This document shows positions 38,684 through 51,071 of a stretch of DNA of 64,000 bases, piece by piece. Source of the stretch: Nymphaea colorata (lineage: Eukaryota); the NCBI RefSeq assembly GCF_008831285.2, contig NC_045138.2, positions 25,544,001 to 25,608,000 of the forward strand. Direction: 5' to 3'. How positions within the stretch are numbered: position 1 is the first letter of the stretch; each line of letters begins with the position of its first letter. The notes under the pieces were generated by a model that saw only the letters and a program-made list of their open reading frames with translations, was not told the origin of the DNA and made no database searches. The position numbers and the translations under genes are program-made.

Positions 38684-39139
38684 AAGTCAGACAATGAAAG
38701 GAGGACTTAATCAGATCCGGATTCAAGTAAGCCCGACGGGACAAGTCATCTCAAAGCGAAGTTGCGTTCTTCAGAAACCTGAAGTCGACGACAGATATCA
38801 ACCAAAAGCTCGATACAGTTTTTTCTTGCCGTCCAACTTTAAGAAACACCACGAAAGGCAGCCACCGCTGCCTTCTTCAACTCTTTCTCTCTTTTGAATG
38901 TGATATTCATGAGACCTCGCCGTGACCATAGTTGAAGTTATTTACGTATTGCTTTCTGCCTTACCATTTGCAATTATTCTTCACGTTATCATTTGCCTGC
39001 CGTGCCGTGGTTTTACAGATTCAAGACTATTATAGCAAGAAGCCTCCTCCCTTTTCCTGGATCGAAGTAATGACAGACTCATTATGCACTAAAACGTCAT
39101 GAACGTTATTAGATGACCCACCCAAACGCATTGATGTGG

Positions 39140-39235
39140 GTGATACGCCGCTTCCCTGAGGCGTACGCCTCTGGAAGATGCGTGAGGCGTGCTTGAGGAG
39201 CACGCCTCAGGCACGAGTTTTGTTTTTAAAAACTC
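39140..39235. mobile_element. AGGCG/CGCCT palindrome-rich terminal fragment of a non-autonomous DNA transposon
   Basis: GAGGCGTACGCCTC palindrome and TGAGGCGTGCT..AGCACGCCTCA hairpin, ending TTTTAAAAAC. Confidence 0.4.
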
Positions 39236-39365
39236 GACGACAATAATCATCGATTTAGTTTTCCTTTTTTTTTTTTTTTCACAACCACTTTCATTGCTTC
39301 GAGCGTGAAAATCCTTGAGATTTTGGGCGTCCCGTCCAATTTTTTCCAACCATGTTCCTGGTTTA

Positions 39366-39772
39366 TGGGGATGTAAATAGATCAAACCAAATTTGGATGG
39401 ATATGCGCCTAATGGTATCTATTTTTTTTTTTGATATGCACTTATTTAGATTCAAATTCAGATTTGAATATGAATAAAGTTGTATTCTAATCTGAATCCA
39501 AAATCAGATTTTATAATCCGTTTCTGATTTGAATATTCATATCCAAATCCGAGCTGAATCCCAGTTTTTTCAAATTTTCAAAATGTAAGAGCATTAGATA
39601 TAGGATATTGTTTATAATAAATTTGATCTGATTCTATCTGATAAAATATTTATGCATATCCGAAGCTAAATCAAATCAGATATCATTTCTTGAATCTCAA
39701 TCTGATTTCTTAATCAAATATTAACTTTTTTTCCATGTCAGGTTTTTTTGGGATCAGATAAATTGGCATCCA
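39366..39772. mobile_element. hAT-like non-autonomous element (ATCCG-rich)
   Basis: Ends TGGGGATGTAAAT ... AATTGGCATCCA, an interior of repeated GAATCC/ATCCGA motifs, and partially matching 8-bp flanks CTGGTTTA/CTGGCTCG. Confidence 0.55.
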
Positions 39773-41014
39773 CTGGCTCGTTCATACGTCTCTATGGATG
39801 CGGCTCTTGCTCTTGAACTTTTTATGGTTGGTTCATGCTTATTCGGCTGTTGCAACCCTGATCCTAAACTTTTTGTGGATCCTGCTGTAGATAGATCTTT
39901 ACAATTTCTTAGTGTTGCACTAAAAGATGCACAACAAGCGCACTGTGAAAGGACAGACCATGATTCTCTAGCAGTTCCTGCAGCATTCCATGAATTTCAG
40001 GCGCATTCAGAGGTTGAAGATGCAAATGAGAAGAACCCTTCATTTGTTAACAGTTTGCAAAAGTAGGGAAAAAGTAGAAGCCTTGTTGGTTGCTGCAAAG
40101 AAAAGGCTTTAGACTGTTTGAATCCAAATGTTTATGAGTGTGGGGACTTTGTGTGGACAAGAAGAACCAGTAGATGAAGAAGGAAAAGATCGTTGCTGAT
40201 AAGAATTTGAACGAGAAAAATTAATGTTGGTTTTGAGAAACTAAACAATTTTAGCGCAAGAAAAGTTGGGATAATGATGAAGAAAAAAAGAAGGAATAAC
40301 GGACAAGGTTCAGATGAATGAGAGGACTGCCCTTGAGACACAGTGCGCGAATTGTCTTCTTTGGCAGTGAAAACGTCTTGAACTGATGTGCTTCGATTTT
40401 CTTTGCCTCCCGCACTGTACGCCTTTCATGTCTCTCCGGTTGCTTCATTCAATATTTCACCTTTGTTTTTGTGCTATATCTGAGTTAACGCCACCTGCCA
40501 AAACAGAGGTGTCATCTGCCATAACGAAGTTGATGCCGATAAGGATGGATCCAATGGAGATTTGAAAGACGACAATTATGAGTACAAATTAGAACGTGTT
40601 GTAGAAATAAGAAAAGGTTTCATGATAAACTTGCTGTAAAGAGAAATCTTGTTGTTCCTGACTCTATATATATATATATTTCCTCATCGCATTTAAAAGA
40701 GAAACTTTTCCTTTTTTCCATTGCTGCAAACGAGGCCTTACATGAAAGTGGGATTCTGCTGCAGCGGTCGAGGACAGACACACAGTTAGGAGAACAGACT
40801 CCGGAATAAACGTACTGGTTTGTGAGAGCTCAGTTGGGAATCAGGAAGGCACTTTACTGCTAGTTTTTTATGATCTCTCAAAGAAAGGCAATGTATGAGA
40901 AGTTTTGTGCTATTTTATAGTTCTTTGATTCTGAAATTGATTGCTGAGATTCCGGGAGACAATAAAGAGAATCTACATTACGTGCCTATGGCAATATTAT
41001 GCACTTATTTGGGG

Positions 41015-41445
41015 TAGGAATGTTGAACGAGTCAAGCCAACTCGGCAGCTTGAACTCTATCGGTTAAGCTAGGCTCTTAAGTTAAACGAGTTGAATTCAA
41101 GCTTAACTTATAACTAGAATTTGTAAATGCTTGTAAATGAGTCTAGTTTGAGTTGGATGAACTCCGGTCAATTAAACTCTGTTTACTACTAATACTTATT
41201 TTCATAATTTCAAAAACTTAAAATGGCTTAAATAAAAATGTGAAAATTTTAAGCATAACATGTATATTAAGGGACACAAGCTTAAGAGAGTCACTTTGAA
41301 CTTGGTTAAGAGAGCCAAACTCGAGCTCACCTCATGAAGCTCGAGTCGAGCTCGAGCTTAGCTATATGTGAGTCAAGTCAAGCTTCAGCGGAGCTATATG
41401 TGGGTTGAGTAGAACTCGAGCTGGCCGAGCTCAAGTTTGGTTTTC
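41015..41445. mobile_element. GAGCTCG/CGAGT-rich non-autonomous DNA transposon (hAT-like MITE)
   Basis: Begins TAGGAATGTTGAACGAGTCAAGCC; dense repeated AACTCGAGCTC/GAGTCGAGCT motifs at both ends with an AT-rich centre. Confidence 0.55.
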
Positions 41446-43087
41446 TCACTGTGAAAAGAAAAATTGAAATCAGTAGTTATCTTTGTGGCGGGAAAAATAC
41501 TAAACGATGAAAATGTTCTCACTTTTTCTCTTTGTTTTTCTCCTATCGATGGATTTAAAAATAATTAAGAGTTAAGATTATTCCTTATTCATTGATCATC
41601 TAAGTATTTAGTACCTACTATTTTCACACTCTCATACATATCTATATCGACTGTATGAACATTCGCGGCACTGAATATTAATACGTGCTATTTGTTGCTT
41701 GTAATGATCCGTGCTCAATATCACTCTCTGCCGTCACATATATACAACTGCATATTGTTCCCCTGTGGTGGCAAACAGGGAAGCTGTGATGTAAGAACAT
41801 TACGGCAAGTTGATATAGTGATCACTAGTGCAATCGACTGTTGGAGATGCCGCAAAGTATCATTTAGTTTTCAAAATCTAGTTGATATTTTTCTTCTACG
41901 AAATTAACTTCATTCTTCGAATGCGATACTTTAATTTGCTTCAAACACTGTCGATGTTTTTTTGTACATTTTTCAGCATTCACTCTCCCTCTTGATTCTA
42001 CGTTGATCAGATCCGGAATAGAGAACTTAGGATGTTCAAACAATGGACGCCTCAAGCTTAGTTGGTATCACAAAATTAAAAATTAATTTTACTAGTTCGT
42101 GGGCAAAATATAATCATTTAAATATAATTGTAAAATATTAAAATACCCAACAAAAAGTTGGGGTTCTGACGTATGGTCTAATATTAAGAACTATGAGATG
42201 TCAGGGGGAGCAGAAAGCGCCAGCAAAAATCTCACTGAACAGTTCGAGGTAGGCCCCTCTCAGACCGAGCCCAGCCGTCGCCATCAGTGAGCCAGAGATC
42301 GAGAACATGTATATATATGGTCATGGTAGGTAGCACACCAAACTCACCTACAGTTCCACTTATTCATAAAACTAACTGTGTAGTTTAATTTGTTCAAAAG
42401 AATGGAAGTTTGATGAGAAAAATACTATGCTTTTAATACACATTCATTTAAATGCATTTTTCCGAAAAAAAAGAAACTTATTTTTGTTCATAACATCCAT
42501 TTATATAAACTAAACAACAAACAACCATCATGAACAAGAGGAGACGGCAAATGGCCAACATAATATAGACAATATAGTACTTCAACTTGGCAGTCTGTAT
42601 CTCTGTACAACATCTCATAATGATCATTCATTCACTCTCTGTGTGTGCCTCTTCATGTAATATTAAGATCTGAAATCATATGTAGGTAGGCTATTTTCAC
42701 AGCCTATGGTGACATAATATTTAACCTTTGATTACTAGATCCACATTATATTTCTTAAAATAAAAAATAGCATTAATGTATTGTATGTTTTATAGCATGT
42801 TAGTTTATTATGCATGAACAACCGATACTTGGTTTTGGGTGAGCAGGAGGAGTATTTCATCCTATTGTTTTAAAAAGAACTACATCCCCTATCCACCGGC
42901 CCATAACCATTGCCAGTCTAGCAAAAAGGACTAACGCCTTATAAATTAGGGTTTCGGGTGGAGAATCTAGACACCGGTCCCACAAGTGCCTGCCATGATA
43001 ATGTTGCTCCCTTGCCCTTGCCCTACCATGTATTAAGAGGTGCATGTGAAGAACCCCCACAAAGGAAAAAGACATTTGCTTTTGCAC

Positions 43088-43287
43088 CAGGGACGGAGGG
43101 AAAGGGGGGGGGGGGGGCAGCAGGGGCATTGATCCCCTCAGATTTTAAAAACTGTAAAAAATTATTTGTAAATCTAAAACATTTAATATGTATAAAAAAA
43201 TTAAAAATTTTTATTTTGGCCCCTGTTAAAATTTTAAAACTATATAGTTTAGCCCTTGCAACAAAAAATTTCTGGCTTCGCCTATGT
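43088..43287. mobile_element. MITE, GGGCGGAGC-terminal family
   Basis: CAGGGACGGAG ... TTCTGGCTTCGCCTATG imperfect TIRs; AT-rich interior with GGCCCC/GCCCTT motifs. Confidence 0.55.
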
Positions 43288-44756
43288 TCCGCACCAACTC
43301 ACCATGGAATGCAAACTGAGCTATCTAAAAAGCCTGGTTGCCTAAATCACGCGCAACGCGGACCCAACTTTTTAAGAAGGCGCCCACTTGGTCCGAAAGA
43401 CAACCAAGTTGAAGGACGGACCCAGCTTGATCTTCACATGTGACAGAGACAAGAAACCGACGAAATGGTCAGGCCACAAACTAAAGTGTTTTGGTTTAAT
43501 CCAGCCAGCATTATTGTTGATCTCGTCCTTCAATTGATTTAAGTAGAAAACACATGATATAGATTCACCCATTTTTCAGATTGTTTGCCCTTTTAGAGCC
43601 ATGCAACCAATTAAATCGAATTGATTGTCAAAATTGCAAAAGTAACTTTCGCAGAGCATGTTTTGTAACTAATAAATAGTGTAAATGCATGTATTCCCTA
43701 TTTAAAATAAGTTTTATATACATAGACACAAGGTATGGGACTTGGAATGTTAAGGCCAAAATGGCCTCTGAGGCTATGGAATTTCCTCGATATCATCGAT
43801 ATTCACCCCTTAATTGGTCATACCAGTATAACAAATAATGTTATTGGCTAGGGCTGCTGCCGTGGCCAATAAACAGGTTATCGTTAGAAATTTAAAAAGC
43901 TTTTGTTAAAGAACTTGCAAACTATTGCTAAAACCACAAAAGAATGTCATTTTACTACAAACTGTTGCTAATACTCCTCTAACAGTTGTTTTTTAATTAG
44001 TAAATTTGTAAATCTTTTAACTATCCGGCAGCCTGCGCATACAAATATGTCTTTCCGATGTGCCTCCAGTGTTTTAATTACCTTTTTTATTCATAAAATT
44101 TAATTGTGCATAATCAATTAAATTAAATGCCGGAATCAGAATGAATTCATGTCTCTAATAATGGAGTTTGTAAACAGAGACTAAATAAAAATGAGACCAA
44201 AATAACAAGACTACATTTTTTATGCGGAAAAGAAAACAACTTTTAAAAGCTGTAATAAAGAAACAGACCTCAGGAAATCGACACATGAAGAAGTAAATGT
44301 AGCTGCTCTGCAAACAGCACGATAAAAATTAGTTAATACTAAAGTTGTTAACTGATACAATCAAACAAATAAAACCAGTTTACTTATACCTAACAAACAT
44401 AAAAGTTTTTTTTTTTTTTATGTTTATTAAGAGGAAATAGCCTTCAGTGTAAAATCTCTTAAAACCATACTTTTATACATTCAATGTTTTGGATTGTTTT
44501 CAAATATGTATAGGATCTATGGTTCATCCTTCAACATAAATGTCAGCGACTGTAGAATTCAAACTTTCTGAACTTGCTGGTGAATTTGAATGGCAGTAAT
44601 ATGATCTTTTGTTCTTTTGTTTCTTTCTTAAATGACGGTGCACGTCAAGTAACAGTGCTCTGCTCATCCAATCACTATCTGCTCACAGCACTGTGGCCAC
44701 CTCATCTCCCCATCTTCTTGACGTCGACTTCCGTCCTCCAAACTCCCCTCCCTCAT

Positions 44757-44762
44757 TATAAA
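44757..44762 (+). promoter_or_regulatory. Candidate TATA box of the carboxylesterase gene
   Basis: TATAAA after a pyrimidine-rich patch, about 100 nt upstream of ATG 44859. Confidence 0.45.
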
Positions 44763-44858
44763 CTTGAAGAAAGAAAACATGAGAGTCAGAGGAATTTCTG
44801 TCCCTGGTTCGTGTCCGTAGATCTTGCGAAAGGAAGCGGAAGAAGAGGAGGTGAGAAG

Positions 44859-45887
44859 ATGGCAGATGAAAAAGGAGGAGAAAGCAAGCAGGTTGTCGAG
44901 GAGCTCCCCGGCCTCATCACTCTCTACTCCGACGGATCGGTGGTTCGCTATGAACCATCTGATCCTCACTCCCCAATTTATAGCATTCCCCCTTCGACGG
45001 CCGCCACCCCCGCCGACTTCTCCTCTTACGACATCACCCTCTACCCCGCCACCAACGTCTGGGCTCGCATCTTCTTCCCTCCGGGGGTCACCTCCGGCGA
45101 ACCGGCAGCCCCTTTTCCTATCGTCCTCCACTTCCACGGCGGAGGCTTCTGCCTCGGCTCCCCTTCGTGGAGGATGTACCACACGACGGTCGGTCAGTTC
45201 TGCATTTCTTCCGGTGCAATTTGGGTGTCCGTCGCGTACCGTCTCGCCCCGGAGAGCAGGCTGCCTGCCGGGTTCCTCGACTGCCAGGAGGCCTTCGATT
45301 GGCTCCGTCAACTGCCGAACTCGCCGCAACCCGACGATTCCCCCGCGGCCCTCCTCCGCCGGCTCGGCGACTTCGGGCGCGTCTTTCTCGCCGGCGACAG
45401 CGCGGGCGGAAACTTTGCCTACCACGTTGTGCTGCAGTCGATCCGGGAAGGAACGACGCACTCCCAAGCGTTTCGAGTCAGGGGCTTGCTCCTGCTGCAC
45501 CCTGGGTTCATACGGGAGGAGAGGAGCGAATCGGAGAGAAACGGTTCGGAGAGGGCTCTGGTGGATATCGACTCGGTGGAGGTGGGGGCGAGGATGGCGC
45601 TGCCGGCGGGGGAGACTCAGGACTACTTCCTGTTGAACCCGGCGGTGCCCAACTCCAGGGAGGCGGCGCTGCCTCCGAGCTTGGTGTTCATCGGAGGGGA
45701 GGACATCTTCAGGGATCGGCAGGCGGAGTTCTGCGGGAAGATGGCGGATGAGGGGCAGGCGGTGGAGGTGGTGAGGCAGGAGGGGATGGGCCACTGCTTC
45801 TTCCTGAACGAGAAGTTCCGAAGCTCTGCAGAGGCTGTGGACCTCCTGGAAAGGGTGGTCGCCTTCATCCGATGTACTGAAACATAA
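44859..45887 (+). CDS. CXE: Carboxylesterase (CXE / hormone-sensitive-lipase alpha/beta-hydrolase family), 342 aa, intronless
   Basis: N-terminus VVEELPGLITLYSDGSVVR, oxyanion motif HFHGGGF, SVAYRLAPE, nucleophile GDSAGG, Asp in GGEDIF and His in GMGHCF. The intact His argues for an enzyme rather than a GID1 receptor. Confidence 0.95.
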   Translation: MADEKGGESKQVVEELPGLITLYSDGSVVRYEPSDPHSPIYSIPPSTAATPADFSSYDITLYPATNVWARIFFPPGVTSGEPAAPFPIVLHFHGGGFCLGSPSWRMYHTTVGQFCISSGAIWVSVAYRLAPESRLPAGFLDCQEAFDWLRQLPNSPQPDDSPAALLRRLGDFGRVFLAGDSAGGNFAYHVVLQSIREGTTHSQAFRVRGLLLLHPGFIREERSESERNGSERALVDIDSVEVGARMALPAGETQDYFLLNPAVPNSREAALPPSLVFIGGEDIFRDRQAEFCGKMADEGQAVEVVRQEGMGHCFFLNEKFRSSAEAVDLLERVVAFIRCTET

Positions 45888-47892
45888 ATGCATGAGAAAG
45901 AGAGGGAGGGAGTGTGTGTGGTCGGGTCTGTGGCCATCGAGGAAGAAGAGAGAAGAGACGCTGTGGATCTGCAACCTTCGAAATTTGGTTGTTGTGCGTC
46001 CTTGTCAAGCATTTTCTTCGCCCCTAGAAATTGTGAAGATTCCAACCACAATTTAATGAACCAAACTTTTGCCTGTTCGTATACTTTTAAGAGACCGATA
46101 ACATGTTTTGGGTTGCACAATAAAACCACCTCAAGTGTGGCTTATGATCAGTCAGAATGCAAGGAAATTAATAAACTTGAAATCTTAATTAAAGTCTCAT
46201 CTCAACTCAGTCATTCTCGGCCTGCTCTTTCTCATAATCTTGTGGTAGTAAGCCAAGAAGATACAAGTATACTGGGAGTTCTATGCTGCTGTTGTTGGTT
46301 AAAAATTTTAAATTTCTCACAAAGAACAGTCATCACATGAGTATTAGGAATGGTTGATGGTGTTTTTAGTAAAGATTCGTAGAAAGACTTTTAATTTTTA
46401 GCTATCTTACAATACACCTTTCATTTCAGATCCCTGGTATTTCAGTGGGTTCATAGATTCGAAATACTAGACAGTGGATTTCTCAACAACTAGCATAGAA
46501 CACAGTCCTAAGTGAATGCGAATGGAAACTTACTCTACCCGAAGCTATTGCACCAACCCTTCTCGATCATGAGCCTAAATCGTCTGCCTAGTTTTGAAAA
46601 TAATAATAATAATAATAAAGTTCATCATGGCAGCCAAGATCCGTCGCCCTCAACCAACTTCTCTTGGCAAGACTTTGTTGATTAAATTTATGTGTTCATG
46701 AAAAAGGATGGGTCATAACGGGCAAAAATTAGTGGCAAAACATTCAAAGTTTAAAATTTATTAAATTCAATATAATTCTATTACTAAATGAAATTTTAAA
46801 TAAAGAAACGTCTAGCTATTCACCAAATCACATATTTACTGACGATCTGTCCAACCGTTTTCAATGGACGACAAGAAGAATCTAGTCAGCGTTTGTAGTG
46901 GTGTCGGTGGTGACAGATCTGCCCCATAACAAAGGCACAGTTTGATTAATTTAAATTGTTGTCTGCGTGCTAAATGTGTTGCGCATTAATTTGTCTGTGT
47001 AATATATACCTAGCTATAACTTTGAGATTAAATAAAAAAAAAAAGAAACTTATGTTTCTTGATTGTATTAATTTGATCGGAAGCATGTTCTTGAATAAAT
47101 AAATTGCTAAATTCAAATCTAATCATTCAGTTTTTTGCTCTCCCTCTTATATGAGATTCTATGTACAAACTAATCCGACGGAGACGATTGTCGGACCTGA
47201 TGTCTTGATCCTCCATTTGTTCGTCTCAAAAGTTCTGATTCCAGACATTAATAACATTCCATGTGCACGGTTTTACGGGGACGCGCAGGTGGATTGTCCG
47301 ATTATGATGGCGATTTGGAGCCTTTTCTTCTCTCGAAATTATGTGAGTAGAATTTTGTGAATATTTAAATGGAAGGAACTTATTTCAAACATGCGATGGA
47401 GTAGTCGTATTGACCCCAAAAAAGTTGGACCATGTAGAGATATTGCGATGGTTTAATTTAAAGGAAAAGTGTAGTTAAAGCGATAAAGCGTTCACCTCTA
47501 GTCTTGCCTCAAGGTCTGCACTATTTGGTTCAAATCCTCGAGAAAACTTGCAGAATGCATCGTATCAGTTTCATCAGGTGGTATCAGCCAGTATGCCTCA
47601 TGTTGGCTTTTATAACCCTATTGGGGTTGGGGTGTTTGGATGAAACTCCAAAACCAAAACTTGGTTTTACCTGTAAAATTAAGTTTTAAAAGTGTTTGAC
47701 TCCCATCAAAATTGGGTTCGAAGAAAGCTCTGTTATGATCAAACATGGATTTGTAAAAAAGAGCAAAAAGCCTAACCTCGTTAGGTTATTCGAAAACCAA
47801 GTTTTGGGTATGTTACCGTAATAAAACAACAATATTTTTAGAACTCATTAAAAAGCTTGATTTGTATAACGCCAAGCTTTCACAAAACTAGG

Positions 47893-48058
47893 CAAGGGCG
47901 GAGACAGAAAGTTCTAGTTAAGGGGCACCAATTATAAAATTTTCAATTTTAAGGGGCACCAACATGTAAGTTAAAAAAAAAATTACTCAAAAATATCAAT
48001 GCAAAATTAAGAAAATTTTTAGCTGCCCGCACCTAGCACACACATCCCACTGCCCCTG
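47893..48058. mobile_element. MITE, GGGCGGAGC-terminal family
   Basis: CAAGGGCGGAG ... CTGCCCCTG imperfect TIRs; internal TAAGGGGCACCAA occurs twice. Confidence 0.55.
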
Positions 48059-50681
48059 AAACTGGGTTAGACGTGATGTCATCCAAATGGCCCGTATATA
48101 TATTAGGTAATATGTGCCCAAAGGAATTTTGAGTGTCTAGATGTTTTCTTTTGATGCAAAATGGGGTCTCATCGAAAGTTAAAGCGCAGTGAGAATGACA
48201 TCCTGTTACACTCAAAGTAGATCTTGTATTTTTAAGGAGACAAAATCGACTCTCTTCCAAATGATGGGTTCCCCCTGCTATCTACATTTATATATTAACT
48301 GATATTGGACAGATAAAAGGATTAAAGCTTCGACTCTCTTCCAAAACAATAAAGATTGGACACCTACTGATATGCAGTGTCTATGGAACGTAGAAGTTTC
48401 CCCTTCTCTTCCGGTGGAAGAGAGCCCACTTTAAATGCTTGTGGCTACACTACGAAGGGAAACCCGTTGCCCAGCTGCGGGCTTCACGAGCAGTCTTGAG
48501 ATGATATAGCCATCATCATCCATGGTCAGACACCAGCCTTCACGTGAACATCAATTGCCATTTATTAGCAGGCACCTCATCAGAATTCAAGGCCAATTTA
48601 AAAAAAGTTCCTCATGACACGGGACTGCTCCAAAACTATAAGACGCTTTGAGAGGAATAATTTTTGCTACGATGTTGGAGCAAATCTCACATACTGTCAA
48701 AAAAATTTTGCATTCGTTGCAGGAAAAAGGTTTCATGTCTACAATGTGATTTTTCGGCGTCGTTAAACTAGTTTTTGGAAGTTGAAACATGTGTCGTCGT
48801 TCACTTAATCGAAAAAATAACGTTGCATGGTCTATAAGTTATCAATGTAGTTAATCGAGCAGCTAATAATTAAGTTACATATAGCTATTTTTCTAAGGCC
48901 AGGTTTTTTCCTTACTCAAATGTTCTCAAGAAGGTTGGTGGCCATGATCTTCAGGCATCGATATATTTGTGATGAAAGATCTTTGTTTTTCTTTTTGGGT
49001 ATCAAAGAAACCAGGGCTCCTATCTGCGCTGGCTTCACGTGCGGTAGTTGTGGTCGATTTTCCAACAGTATTGAGCTAAGAGGTAAAGGCTTTGTGAACC
49101 CCAAGAACTTATGTTCTCCCCTTGATTGCTTTGAGGTAGCCTGCGAATAAGAATAGATGACTATAAGGAAACCTCAAAAGAATTCCTTCTTGCTGTGATC
49201 TGCTAGAGATTCCTGTCTCGTTTGTTCTTGTGGAGATTGAAGTTGTAACAGATCTGTCATTTCTTTTATTGAGTCACGTTCCTTCAAGACAACGACATAT
49301 TTTCTTAGCATGTGATTCTCCAAATGTCAAGCCTGTGCTATCTGGTAAAACAGAGTGTTCCCATGGGCTTCGAGTTTTGGGGGAGCGGAACCTTAGGTGA
49401 AATGCATGATAGAATATTAATGGGAATAAATTGATGCGTGAAAAAAGTCATTGGCTTATCAAATTATCTATCCAGCAACGAAAAATATTCAACAAAAATA
49501 TAAACAAATCCACTCTGTTTTACGTCAAGTAACTCCCAATCTATGTAAGAAGTGTAGGCGGATCGACTCATCAAGTTCTCATTAAAATGAGATCTACACA
49601 GGAAAAAGCACTTGTCATTCGTTGGTTGTTAGGGGCATCCCGAAAACGTTCGGGTCGAAATATGATTTTCAAAATTGAAGAAGGTGATCTGATTCATAAG
49701 AGTATTCAAAATTCCGAGAGCTAGTCTTTCCAGAAGGTTACCATGAACTTCTCTGTCATTTGATGAGGTTTTTAGACAAGTTGAATGTGAGTTGTTGAAC
49801 TGCTCACTCAATGTGATCAGAGATTCAGAGTAGAGGAGAATTAGTCCATGGGGAGGAGAAGATCATATGAAGATCAATTTGGGATCCGATAATCCTTAAT
49901 AGTCTTTGGAAATAAGTGGTAATAGTGGAGATGTTTCTTTTTAACAACCTTGGTTCCTCTACTTTAGTAGCCACTGAATTCAAGAGTCGGAATGAAGGAA
50001 AGGAAAGAACAAGCGCAGGAGGTTTTGACTTTTTTTTTTTTCCATTGCAAACCCAATAATACTAAGGAACAGTCAACCATCTTTAAGGACTTTAGCTGAC
50101 ACTGTAAACCAGGTGGATTGAACTCTTGTTGGAAGTAAACCTGCCTGCAGAGGGAAATATCTTCCATTAAAGCTGAAAAGCAAGAAATTCTCCTATCTTG
50201 AAAGTTTGAAACAGTTCGTAGTGAGAAACTGGGTTGCAACACAAGTAATGGACATCTGATTATATATAGATATATTTTGGGAAAGTATTAGTTCTAGCAT
50301 TGGAGCAATTTAAGTGTGTTGATAATTAAATTTTCTGTGTCGGATATATATATATATGAAACAGGTACATCTGCTCTATACATAGACGCAGTTTGGGAAA
50401 GTATTAATTCCAGCCTTGGAGCATATATCAGGTGGCTCGTGGATAGCTGTGAATCTGTGATTATAGCCATTAAATCAGTTTGGTATCACTTATTGCTTCT
50501 TGAAAACCCGCAGACTAATGGAGAATTCATGGAGGACTCCTGCAATTTTCCCTGACAATGGCGACCGTTACATATATTAGAGGGTTGGTTTGGACCTGGT
50601 ACCGGATCATAAGAACAGAGGGAATTCCTGCTGGAAGTGAAAAATTCTAAGTGTTGCTGCTGGTAGCAAGAGATCTATTTA

Positions 50682-51071
50682 GAATTAATTATACTGTATA
50701 TTTTCTACTGGCCAAGAATCTTGTAGAATCACATTGTCAGACTGTAAATTCACTTGGATGAGGTCACATGAAAGAGAATTGCCTGCTTATCTGAGTTTGC
50801 AGAAGGAAAAGAGAATCTTGAAGGATAGGCCACCAAATTGGTCTCCATAGAAGCGTTACATAATTTTAGCAGATTGAGCTACTGTGAATTAATTATACTG
50901 CAAATTTTCTACTGGCCAAGGATAATGTAGAATCACATTGTCAGACTCTGTAAATTCACTTGGATGAGGTCACATGTAGAGAATTGCTTGCTTATCTGAG
51001 TTTTCAGAAGGAAAAGAGAATCTTGAAGGACAGGCCATCAAATTCATCTCCATACAAGCGTTACATAATTT
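50682..51071. repeat. Tandem duplication, period about 204 bp, two copies
   Basis: GAATTAATTATACTG...ATCACATTGTCAGACT...GAGAATCTTGAAGGA...GCGTTACATAATTT starts at 50682 and again at 50886. Confidence 0.9.

Noticed and set aside
42063..42070. TGGTATCA resembling a tRNA-Met primer-binding site
   Set aside because: Only 8 nt, with no adjacent LTR ending in CA and no downstream gag.
44574..44858. 95-codon N-terminal extension of the CXE ORF
   Set aside because: Starts at a non-ATG codon and spans the TATA box and 5'UTR; family homology begins at MADEK (44859).
44664..45974. 436-aa antisense ORF and 270/194-aa alternative-frame ORFs over the carboxylesterase
   Set aside because: Shadow ORFs expected from high-GC codon usage; no recognisable motifs.
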